Assembly (NCBI GenBank): GCA_003219265.1
Contig: QHQE01000001.1
Coordinates: 1-42,397, forward strand
DNA length: 42,397 nucleotides
Origin: Verrucomicrobiota bacterium
GTDB taxonomy: Bacteria; Verrucomicrobiota; Verrucomicrobiia; Chthoniobacterales; UBA10450
Direction of reading: 5' to 3'
This document shows positions 17,574-25,311 of the stretch, piece after piece. How positions within the stretch are numbered: position 1 is the first letter of the stretch; the number at the start of each line of letters is the position of its first letter. The position numbers were made by a program, and so were the translations under genes. The notes under the pieces were generated by a model. The model was given only the letters and a program-made list of their open reading frames with translations, was not told the DNA's origin and ran no database searches.

Positions 17574-18286
17574 ATAACGGTCGCGCGGAAACTTTGATCC
17601 ATGCGCGTTTGAAACGTCTCGCGTTGCTTTGGGCGCAGGCTCAAGGCTACTCCGCTTGCGCGCTCGAAGTGAGTTTGCCTCATTGCCGATATCGCGCCGA
17701 TGTCGCCGCTTATCGACCAAAGCCGAGCGGAGTCGGGTTGACCGCGATCTTCGAATGCAAACAGGCGCTGCCTGATTTGCGAAGAGACAATTGTTGCAGC
17801 GTTGCCGTCCGCGCACGGTTAGAAACTGTTTATCGCCGCCGCCAAATTCTCGAAAGAAATTTGCGCGTGCATTATCCGAATCTCCGAATCGCGGACTCAC
17901 TTTTTCCCGAATTTGATTCGTACGATTTCGCAGCGATCGAACATCACGGTTATGCGCGCGTTTTGCGCGAGTTGTCCGCGCTGCAAAATTGTCTCTTCGA
18001 TTGCACCAAGTTCGAAAAACTACTTCGTTATCGCTGTGCGAATTTGTTCTTTCTCGTTTTGCCTAACGAATTGTTTGAGGAGATAGAAATTCCTGTTGGA
18101 TGGGGCGCGCTGGTGGAATCCGATGGCGCCATTTCGTTAGCGCGCAAACCGGTCCGACACGAAAATGCTCCCGAAAATCGATTACGTTTTCTCCAGCGAA
18201 TCGCTGCGGCCGGAACGCGCGTGTTGAATCGACAACTTGAGATCACGTTCGACGACGTCGTGACGGTGCGAGGTCGATGTTGCTAA
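17558..18286 (+). CDS. PD-(D/E)xK nuclease-fold protein, MmcB-like DNA repair family (tentative)
   Basis: The motif order resembles my memory of the MmcB-like family: HARLKRLA, RYRADVAAY (Asp), IFECKQALPDLRRDN (ExK), then CANLFFLVLP and GWGALVESDG. An insertion of about 70 aa lies between the core motifs. The ATG overlaps the hemB end by 16 nt. Confidence 0.5.
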   Translation: MDAKLNNGRAETLIHARLKRLALLWAQAQGYSACALEVSLPHCRYRADVAAYRPKPSGVGLTAIFECKQALPDLRRDNCCSVAVRARLETVYRRRQILERNLRVHYPNLRIADSLFPEFDSYDFAAIEHHGYARVLRELSALQNCLFDCTKFEKLLRYRCANLFFLVLPNELFEEIEIPVGWGALVESDGAISLARKPVRHENAPENRLRFLQRIAAAGTRVLNRQLEITFDDVVTVRGRCC

Positions 18287-19893
18287 CTGCTCGGGTGTTT
18301 CCCGGAAACCGGAACAAGCAAGTTGCGCCCGGTCATTTCCGCTGGCTGTTTCATTCCGAGCAAAAAAAGAAGCGTCGGAGCGACATCGGCGAGAATCCCA
18401 TCTTCGCAGCGAAACTTGGCGGCATCGCGCGCGACGTAAATGCAATGCACGAGATTTGTCGTGTGCGCCGTATTCGGCGAACCGTCGGCGTTGCGCATTT
18501 GTTCGCAGTTCCCGTGATCGGCCGTCACGATGCACTTACCGCCAAGATCAAGAAGCTTCGGAATGATCTTCCCAACGCATTCATCCACCGTTTCCACCGC
18601 TTTGACCCCCGCTTTCAGGATGCCGGTGTGGCCAACCATGTCCGGATTCGCAAAATTCAGCACGATGAAATCGTAATTCGCTATCCGGGCCAACACCTCG
18701 TCCGTGACTGGCGGCGCGCTCATTTCCGGCTGTAAATCGTAGGTCGCAACTTTGGGCGAAGGCACGATCTTCCGGTCCTCTTTAGGGAATGCGCGCTCGA
18801 TTCCGCCGTTAAAAAAATAGGTCACGTGCGGATACTTTTCCGTCTCGGCGACGCGCAACTGCGACTTGCTGGCCGCGCTCACGACTTCGCCTAGAATCTG
18901 CACGAGCTTTTCCGGAGCAAAAATGAACGGCGAAGGATAAGTGACATCGTATTGCGTGAGTGTGACGTAATGAACTCGCGGCCACGATTCCCGATCGAAG
19001 CCATTGAAGTCTTTTAAAATAAATGCTTGTGACAATTGCCGCGCGCGATCGGCACGGAAGTTGAAAAACAGAACCGTATCGTCGTCGCGAATGCGTTGCT
19101 CATTTGCGTCTGTAAAAATGAGCGGCGGCATGAACTCGTCGGTCTTGCCAAGTTCATACTGCCGAGCCAAGGCATCGGCCGGCGAAGATTTGCAAACTTC
19201 GCCGCGGCCGAAAACAATCGCGTCCCAGGCTTTTTTCGTTCGATCCCAGCGACGGTCGCGATCCATCGCGAAGTAACGGCCGACGATCGTCATGATCTTC
19301 GCGCCGCTCTGCTTCAACTCATTCTCGCAAACTTGCAAATCGTGCGCGCCACCGGTCGGCGAAGCGTCACGGCCGTCGGTGAAAGCGTGAACGAAGATTT
19401 TAGTAACGCCTGCTTCCTTGGCTGCGTTTGCCAGCGCAATCAGATGCGAGTAATGGCTGTGCACACCGCCGTCGGAAACGAGGCCGAGCAGATGCAGGCG
19501 GTGACCACGCGCGCCGGCGAACGTTTCTTGCGCGACTCGGTTACGCTCCAGTTCGCCCTCCGCGATAGCTTTGTTAATTCGGGTTAGATCCTGATCAACA
19601 ATCCTGCCCGCGCCCAAGTTAAGATGGCCAACTTCTGAGTTGCCCATTTGGCTGGCGGGCAAACCGACATCGCGTCCACTGGCGCTCAATTTAGCGCCGG
19701 GATAATCCCGATAGAGCTTGTCGTGAAACGGTGTGCGCGCGAGAAGTGTTGCGTCTCCATTTTCTTCGCTTTTGTTCCGACCGCCGGGATTGATGCCCCA
19801 GCCGTCGCGAATGATGAGCATGACCGGACTCGCCATACGGAGCGCACTTTGCCGACGATTGGGAAGATCGACAAGCGGTTCTTTCGTTGACAA
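18283..19893 (-). CDS. gpmI: 2,3-bisphosphoglycerate-independent phosphoglycerate mutase
   Basis: Motifs MLIIRDGWG, NSEVGHLNLGAGR, ADHGNCE and the DMVGHTG context are present. An alternative ATG at 19836 (MASPVMLIIRDGWG) looks more typical and would remove the overlap with the divergent neighbour. Confidence 0.93.
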   Translation of the reverse strand: MSTKEPLVDLPNRRQSALRMASPVMLIIRDGWGINPGGRNKSEENGDATLLARTPFHDKLYRDYPGAKLSASGRDVGLPASQMGNSEVGHLNLGAGRIVDQDLTRINKAIAEGELERNRVAQETFAGARGHRLHLLGLVSDGGVHSHYSHLIALANAAKEAGVTKIFVHAFTDGRDASPTGGAHDLQVCENELKQSGAKIMTIVGRYFAMDRDRRWDRTKKAWDAIVFGRGEVCKSSPADALARQYELGKTDEFMPPLIFTDANEQRIRDDDTVLFFNFRADRARQLSQAFILKDFNGFDRESWPRVHYVTLTQYDVTYPSPFIFAPEKLVQILGEVVSAASKSQLRVAETEKYPHVTYFFNGGIERAFPKEDRKIVPSPKVATYDLQPEMSAPPVTDEVLARIANYDFIVLNFANPDMVGHTGILKAGVKAVETVDECVGKIIPKLLDLGGKCIVTADHGNCEQMRNADGSPNTAHTTNLVHCIYVARDAAKFRCEDGILADVAPTLLFLLGMKQPAEMTGRNLLVPVSGKHPSS

Positions 19894-19922
19894 CGCGGAG
19901 TACGCGCATCTACATCGCCCAC

Positions 19923-21185
19923 GTGAAGTGGCGCAACCAATTGCTGGCGCTTTTCTGCCTCCTCGCCTTTGCCGGCCTCGGCGTTCTTTATTTTCAACAT
20001 TGGGTCGTGCAGAAGCCTTTCGGAATTATTCTGTTTATCGGAGAGGGACTCGCACCGGGCCGACTGGCTGCAACACGCCTCTACGTGGGCGGCGCGGACG
20101 CGCGTCTCACCTTCGACTCGATGAATCATCTCGCCCTGCTGATCAATTACTCGAAAGATTTCGCCGTTCCGGACCGGGCTGCCGCCGCAACCGCGCTGGC
20201 CACCGGAGTGAGAGTGAACAATCGAGCGATCTCTGTCGATGGCGATGGAAAACCACTCACGAGCATCGTCGAATTGGCGCGCAAGCGTGGACGAGCTACG
20301 GGCCTGGTAACGAATGCGAAACTGACCAATCCAACGAGCGCGGCTTTTTACGCGCATCCGGCCGATCCAAACGACGTTGACAGCGTCGCACGCGAATTCG
20401 TTGAAGGCGGAAAGATCGACATTGCCATGGGCGGTGGCGTCGGATCGTTTCTTCCGGAGACAAAAGGCGGAGAGAGGCAGGATGGCCGCGATCTTTTGCT
20501 CGAACTGCGCCGCAACGGTTTCGACATTGTGCGCACGCGGGCGGAGCTGGAAACGATTCCCGCATGGCGCCGTCCGAAACTTTTCGGCGCTTTTAGCAGC
20601 GCGGAACTCGCGTTTGCGAACCAACTCGAAGAGCGACGCGAACAACCCAGCCTTGCGGACATGGTGCGTCGCGCGATTGAATTGCTGCAATACAATGCCG
20701 GCGGGTATCTGCTCCTGGTCGATGCGGGACTGATGCGCAAAGCGGCGCAGGATAACAACGGGGAAAGAACGCTTGGTGAAACGGCGGAATTAGACCGCGC
20801 GGTTGCAGTTGCGCGACGTTATGCCGGGCAAAGATCGACAATCATTGTTTGCGGGGATGTTGCGATCGGTGGCATGAGCTTGAGTGGTTTTCCATTTCGC
20901 AAGGACAGCGGAATCGCGTTGCTGGGCCTCAATTCCGCGGGAGAGCCATGGATTACCTGGGCGACTGGTCCAAATGGCGCCAGCTCTTACGGCGCAGCGA
21001 AAGTGCCAGGCACCATCAACGCGCAACCCGAAGCGGAGCCTCTGGAGCCGGCCGCGTTTTACTCGAAGTCGGCGCTCAGTACCCTCGATGACGTCGTTGC
21101 GTTTGGAAGTGGCCCAGGAACGGACGCGTTGACAGGCTCGGTAGAGAACACGACCATTTTCAAAATCGTTCGCGACGAGCTGTAG
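19923..21185 (+). CDS. alkaline-phosphatase-family homolog with an N-terminal membrane anchor and degenerate active site (probable pseudoenzyme)
   Basis: The backbone is collinear with PhoA-type motifs, but IGDGMG reads IGEGLA, TDSAASATA reads PDRAAAATA, and VEGxxIDxxxH reads VDAGLMRKAAQ. TADHSH reads CGDVAI. The start is placed at the GTG at 19923 (KWRNQLLALFCLLAFAGLGVLYF). The TTG at 19887 in the track would overlap the gpmI start. Confidence 0.75.
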   Translation: MKWRNQLLALFCLLAFAGLGVLYFQHWVVQKPFGIILFIGEGLAPGRLAATRLYVGGADARLTFDSMNHLALLINYSKDFAVPDRAAAATALATGVRVNNRAISVDGDGKPLTSIVELARKRGRATGLVTNAKLTNPTSAAFYAHPADPNDVDSVAREFVEGGKIDIAMGGGVGSFLPETKGGERQDGRDLLLELRRNGFDIVRTRAELETIPAWRRPKLFGAFSSAELAFANQLEERREQPSLADMVRRAIELLQYNAGGYLLLVDAGLMRKAAQDNNGERTLGETAELDRAVAVARRYAGQRSTIIVCGDVAIGGMSLSGFPFRKDSGIALLGLNSAGEPWITWATGPNGASSYGAAKVPGTINAQPEAEPLEPAAFYSKSALSTLDDVVAFGSGPGTDALTGSVENTTIFKIVRDEL

Positions 21186-21232
21186 TAACCGGGCTGTAAC
21201 TCTTGCTGCGTATCCTGGCGATCAACTGCCAC

Positions 21233-21281
21233 CGCAAAAACAAAAAGCCCGTCGATCAGCGTGCTTTCCAATCGACGGGCT
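21233..21281 (-). terminator. rho-independent terminator after the discoidin-like protein gene
   Basis: An 11-bp stem AGCCCGTCGAT (21246-21256) / ATCGACGGGCT (21271-21281) has a 14-nt loop. On the minus strand it is followed by TTTTTGTTTTTGCGG. It lies about 17 nt after the stop at 21298. Confidence 0.65.
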
Positions 21282-21297
21282 CGTGCGTGAGAAATTA

Positions 21298-22632
21298 TTA
21301 GTCGGGACTGACAGGCACAATTTCAGGAACAAAAGTGAAAGGCGGCGGAGCAGGCAGATTCGGAGGAGGCCCTTCGGCTGGCGGTCCCTCCTCCGGCATC
21401 TCCTTGCCGGCTCGCAATTCTTTGAACCCCTCCTCAACAGCTTTCCCCTCAGACGCAATTCCTTCCCGACTTGGGCCCGCGATATTAGCAGCCATCAGGC
21501 TGGTGGGCTGGTTTCCGCCGAAGGTAGCGAGCTCTGCAACCGAAAAAGGCGTGTCCTGTTGCTCCTTCGGATTCCATTTCAACATGATATAACGACCACT
21601 CGTTTCCGGAAAGTCGATCGCGGCGCGGCCACTGCCGTCATCGACTACAGAACCGATCGGTTTCAGATCAGCCACCGTGCTGTCATCGAAATGAAGGGTC
21701 TTTGGCGCGTCTTCCGCGGTGGTCTCACGACCCGAGCCAGGCAACGATCGCAGGACAAAAAAATCGATGCTCCCCGGCCGCGACGAGTAGAGTGCGGAAA
21801 TCCGGCGCAGGGTCGTGTTTTTGCCGAGATCAATGATTGCCGTCGGCACCACATCGGTTGGAGCGAAAGTGAAGCTCGTGGCCGGTTGACCGTCGATCAT
21901 GTTATTCGCTTGTTTGAGATCCTCTCCTGAACTGACGTAGAGCGCGCGCGCCTTTGCGTGCAGGTCGGTCAGGCTGTAACTGATCAACCCAAAGCTATCC
22001 GGCTTTTCTTGCACATTAAGCTTACGCGGACGCGCCATGGTGAAATCTGACACCGTCGCGGTGCAATAAACGCCGAATCCCGCGATGCGTCCCGGCTCTG
22101 TTACGTCAAAAGTCAACCGGACATACTTCGCTTCACTTGGACCGAGCTTCGCCTTCACTGCATCGGAGGTCAGTTCCTGTTGCGAAACGTCATGCCATTG
22201 CGGGCTGTCCGCGGGTAACTTCGCGCTCGAAATCGCGATCTTCACATCGCCTTTGGCGCCGCGGTTAAGAAACGAAATGCTGTCGACGTTTTCAATTTTC
22301 GCAAATGAAACAAGCAAAGTCGTGCTGCCACTTGGCAACGCGTAGCCAACTGTCGGATCATCGCACAACAGAGCAGCCTCCGCAGTGTTGGTGTCTTCCG
22401 ATTTGGAACTAAGTTGCAAGGCCGCGATCGGCTGGCTTTGCCGCGCCGCTTCGACCTTTGCACCAAGATAATAACGAGCAAGATTTTGCGGGTAAGCCGA
22501 CGCTTGCTCGACCGTGAGCGGTGGAACTTTTTCAAGCACTAATTCCGTAGCGAATAGACCGGAGGCGTGACCGAGAAAAAGGCAGCAGGCAAGAGGGCAA
22601 ATTTGGGCGTGCAAAGATGTAGAGGTGCTCAT
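21298..22632 (-). CDS. secreted protein with two F5/8-type-C (discoidin / galactose-binding-like) domains and a Pro-rich C-terminus
   Basis: The ATG at 22632 gives a signal-peptide-like N-terminus (MSTSTSLHAQICPLACCLFLGHASGLFA). Two segments of about 150 aa have a discoidin-like pattern (AKYVRLTFDV...GFGVY and GRYIMLKWNP...VAELATFG). The tail reads EGPPAEGPPPNLPAPPPFTF. Confidence 0.6.
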   Translation of the reverse strand: MSTSTSLHAQICPLACCLFLGHASGLFATELVLEKVPPLTVEQASAYPQNLARYYLGAKVEAARQSQPIAALQLSSKSEDTNTAEAALLCDDPTVGYALPSGSTTLLVSFAKIENVDSISFLNRGAKGDVKIAISSAKLPADSPQWHDVSQQELTSDAVKAKLGPSEAKYVRLTFDVTEPGRIAGFGVYCTATVSDFTMARPRKLNVQEKPDSFGLISYSLTDLHAKARALYVSSGEDLKQANNMIDGQPATSFTFAPTDVVPTAIIDLGKNTTLRRISALYSSRPGSIDFFVLRSLPGSGRETTAEDAPKTLHFDDSTVADLKPIGSVVDDGSGRAAIDFPETSGRYIMLKWNPKEQQDTPFSVAELATFGGNQPTSLMAANIAGPSREGIASEGKAVEEGFKELRAGKEMPEEGPPAEGPPPNLPAPPPFTFVPEIVPVSPD

Positions 22633-22874
22633 ATAATTTCCATAGCTACCAAAAGCGATCATAGCCACCCGCCCCGCCTCTGGCAATACAAATTTTCATT
22701 CAGTCTAATTTTTTTGTCGGCAGCTACACCGCGTTTCGCTGAACGAAACGGCTGCAGCGTACACCGAAGCGGCGACAGAACTCGCGCCGCAACGGTCGAT
22801 GGTTAACGTGGCGCTCCAATTCCCAAGCAAATGGTTGGAAAGAACGCAAGTAGCCGGATGCGAGCCCGAGAAAT

Positions 22875-23453
22875 TTAGTTTTTCGCGTAAAGCGCGGCCG
22901 CAGCCGCGCGATACTTTCGGCTCCCGGCGTACGCGTAAAACGGAATGTAAGCGTCGTTGCCGAGTTGATCCGCGCGGCAGGCTGCCCAGTTGAAGGTGGG
23001 ATCGAGAACGTAAGCCCTGCCATCAGTGTTCCACTCCAGCCAGGCATGGGTCTTACGACTGATAAAGGTACGCTTGCCGATAACCAGGTGAATATGCTCC
23101 GCACCGTGCGATTGCATCCTTTGGTAAAGGGCGACCGCTTTACCTTTACAATCGGCCACAACAGCTGACTCCACCTCTGCCGGGGTTTTCCATTCAGGAG
23201 TAAAACCATAGGGAATGGCTCGAATATCCTCAATCCAGTGGTTCACAAGAGCGAGGGAAAGATTTTGCCTACCCCCGCCACTCTTGCAGAAGAGAACCGG
23301 GCGGATTCTCGTCATTTGCTTATCGTAAGGTGTGGAGCTGACCGTGAAGTAAAGCGATTGAGCGAAACAAGAAATGGAAGAGAGGCAGATCAATCCGATA
23401 AGAACGAGAAAGATCTTTTTGACGGGGTAAGGTCGGATGCTTACGAGAACCAT
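22875..23453 (-). CDS. transglutaminase-like cysteine peptidase superfamily protein, secreted
   Basis: A Cys-His-Asp arrangement is present: VVADCKGKAVALY, THAWLEW, YVLDPT. The signal peptide KKIFLVLIGLICLSSISCFAQ follows if the start is the ATG at 23453. The track start at 23489 is an alternative. Confidence 0.6.
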   Translation of the reverse strand: MVLVSIRPYPVKKIFLVLIGLICLSSISCFAQSLYFTVSSTPYDKQMTRIRPVLFCKSGGGRQNLSLALVNHWIEDIRAIPYGFTPEWKTPAEVESAVVADCKGKAVALYQRMQSHGAEHIHLVIGKRTFISRKTHAWLEWNTDGRAYVLDPTFNWAACRADQLGNDAYIPFYAYAGSRKYRAAAAALYAKN

Positions 23454-23582
23454 AATGATTATGGCCTCTATAAGCAGCGCCTGTGCCAATCCCGGGCCGG
23501 CCCACGCGATTTATTGGGAACGGTCTAGTTTTTTCGCCATGCCGTCGGATGTTGCAGTGGAAATTCGCTTATTTGCGACCCG

Positions 23583-25223
23583 TTGCTTGTGGCTGCAATA
23601 AACCCTTCCGTGACACACAAGATCGAGAGGCATAACAGATTCCTGCGCATCGCGTGGTGGATTTTGGCGGCGACCGTTCTTGGCCTGACGGTCGCCATTC
23701 GGATTCGCCTTCTTGGAATTCCGCTTGAGCGCGACGAAGGAGAATACGCCTATACCGGTCAACTCATGTTGCAGGGCATTCCGCCGTACAAACTCGCCTA
23801 CAATATGAAGTTCCCGGGAAGTTATGCCGCTTATGCGGTGATGATGTCGATCTTCGGGCAAACGATCACCGGAATTCATTTGGGCTTGCTCTTCCTGAAC
23901 GCTGCCACGGTTGCGCTCGTCTTTTTCCTGGGTCGAAGACTGGTGAATTCGACGGCGGGAATTGCTGCTGCTGCAACTTACGCAGTGCTTTCAGTCAGCC
24001 CGTCGGTTTTGGGTTTCGCCGCTCATGCGACGCACTTCGTAGTACTGTCGGTGCTCAGCGGAGCACTGCTCTTGCTTCGCCAGCCCGATCGACAATCACT
24101 GCCAATTCTTTTCGCCAGCGGCGCGCTTTTTGGAATTGGGTTGCTGATGAAACAGCCGGCCGTGTTTTTTGTTCTGTTCGGCGCGAGCTATCTTTTCTAT
24201 CGCGATTGTCGAGCCCGCGTCGGGTTAAAGAAAACTCTCGTGCAAACTGCCGCGTTCAGCTGCGGCGCGATCATGCCTTTCGGAATTGCCTGCTTTTTTC
24301 TGTGGCGGGCTGGCGTTTTCGCGAAATTTTGGTTCTGGACAGTCGACTATGCGCGCCAATATGGCGGCTTGGTACCTCTGACCGAGGGGATGCACATCTT
24401 CGTTCAGGTTGTTACGAGTGTGATTGGAAGTGGTTGGGCGCTGTGGATATTGGCTGGAATTGGTCTGGTTGTGTCTGCGTGGGATCCGATGATGCGCGCC
24501 AACGCAAGTTTCCTGATCGGCCTGCTGGTGTTTGCAGCGGCCGCGGTTTGTCCGGGATTCTACTTTCGCCCCCACTATTTTGTTTTGCTCCTTCCAGCAA
24601 TTTCGCTACTGGCCGCTCTCGCCGCCGTGAGGGTCTCGGACCTATTGAAGAGTCATCTGAGCCCGGTCCGCCTCGTCCCCTTCCTCTTCTTTGGCGCGGC
24701 GCTAAGCTTGCCGATTTTTCAAGAGAGAAGTTTTCTCTTCATCGCTCCTGTGGAGTCTGCTTCTCGTATGATTTATCCTGAAAGTCCTTTCTCGGAATCG
24801 GTCCGGGTTGCGCAATATATACGGGAACACTCCGCTCCGACCGACACGATTGCAGTCTTGGGTTCCGAGCCTCAGATTTATTTTTATTCGCAACGTCACT
24901 CGGCCACGGGCTACCTCTATACTTACGCGCTGATGGAACCACAACATTACGCGCACCAGATGCAACGGGAAATGATTCACGAGATCGAACGCGCGCGTCC
25001 AAAATATTTGATCTTCGTGGGAATGACCGACTCCTGGTTGAAGCGACCCGGATCCGATGGGTTGATCTTCACTTGGGCACATGATTATATCCCGCAAAAT
25101 TATTCGGTAACCGGCTTGGTCGATCTCAGTGCATTCGATCGCACCCATTATTATTTTGGGGATGTGCCGCGTCCGCTGCCACAGTTGGAAAATTATGTTT
25201 TGATCTGCGAACGGAAATCTTAG
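23583..25223 (+). CDS. GT-C-fold membrane glycosyltransferase, family 39 (ArnT/PMT-like)
   Basis: The protein is polytopic. The acidic loop-1 motif LERDEGEYAYTG follows the first TM helix, and there is a C-terminal soluble domain of about 130 aa. The start is uncertain: TTG at 23583, with GTG alternatives at 23589 and 23610. Confidence 0.7.
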   Translation: MLVAAINPSVTHKIERHNRFLRIAWWILAATVLGLTVAIRIRLLGIPLERDEGEYAYTGQLMLQGIPPYKLAYNMKFPGSYAAYAVMMSIFGQTITGIHLGLLFLNAATVALVFFLGRRLVNSTAGIAAAATYAVLSVSPSVLGFAAHATHFVVLSVLSGALLLLRQPDRQSLPILFASGALFGIGLLMKQPAVFFVLFGASYLFYRDCRARVGLKKTLVQTAAFSCGAIMPFGIACFFLWRAGVFAKFWFWTVDYARQYGGLVPLTEGMHIFVQVVTSVIGSGWALWILAGIGLVVSAWDPMMRANASFLIGLLVFAAAAVCPGFYFRPHYFVLLLPAISLLAALAAVRVSDLLKSHLSPVRLVPFLFFGAALSLPIFQERSFLFIAPVESASRMIYPESPFSESVRVAQYIREHSAPTDTIAVLGSEPQIYFYSQRHSATGYLYTYALMEPQHYAHQMQREMIHEIERARPKYLIFVGMTDSWLKRPGSDGLIFTWAHDYIPQNYSVTGLVDLSAFDRTHYYFGDVPRPLPQLENYVLICERKS

Positions 25224-25311
25224 GCCGTCTTTTCTCGCGAAATTTTAACGCTGCGCGTGCACCTTTATTAGTTCTCAATCAATAGCTGTACCGAAAACGA
25301 ACCGCCGCTGG

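Noticed and set aside
19686-20690. Long ORFs antisense to, or out of frame with, well-supported genes: 19686-20690 (-), 28124-29143 (-), 9872-10585 (-), 11226-11873 (-), 16485-17237 (-), 35612-36469 (+), 2463-3173 (+) and 8134-8553 (-).
   Set aside because: Each lies entirely inside, or opposite, a gene with strong family motifs. Their translations are Arg/Ser/Pro/Cys-rich with no recognisable motifs. This is typical of shadow ORFs in moderately GC-rich DNA.
21298-21400. A PEP-CTERM-type sorting signal at the Pro-rich C-terminus of the discoidin-like protein (…FVPEIVPVSPD).
   Set aside because: No hydrophobic helix or basic cluster follows the PE-containing motif, and the protein simply ends. 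It does not fit the PEP-CTERM architecture.
1105-25223. A possible lipid A L-Ara4N modification pathway, from the ArnB-like DegT aminotransferase at 1105, Ugd at 8368 and the ArnT-like GT39 gene at 23583.
   Set aside because: The three genes are 7-15 kb apart and not in an operon. ArnA, ArnC, ArnD and ArnE/F equivalents are absent from the window. Each family is broad, so the resemblance is probably coincidental.
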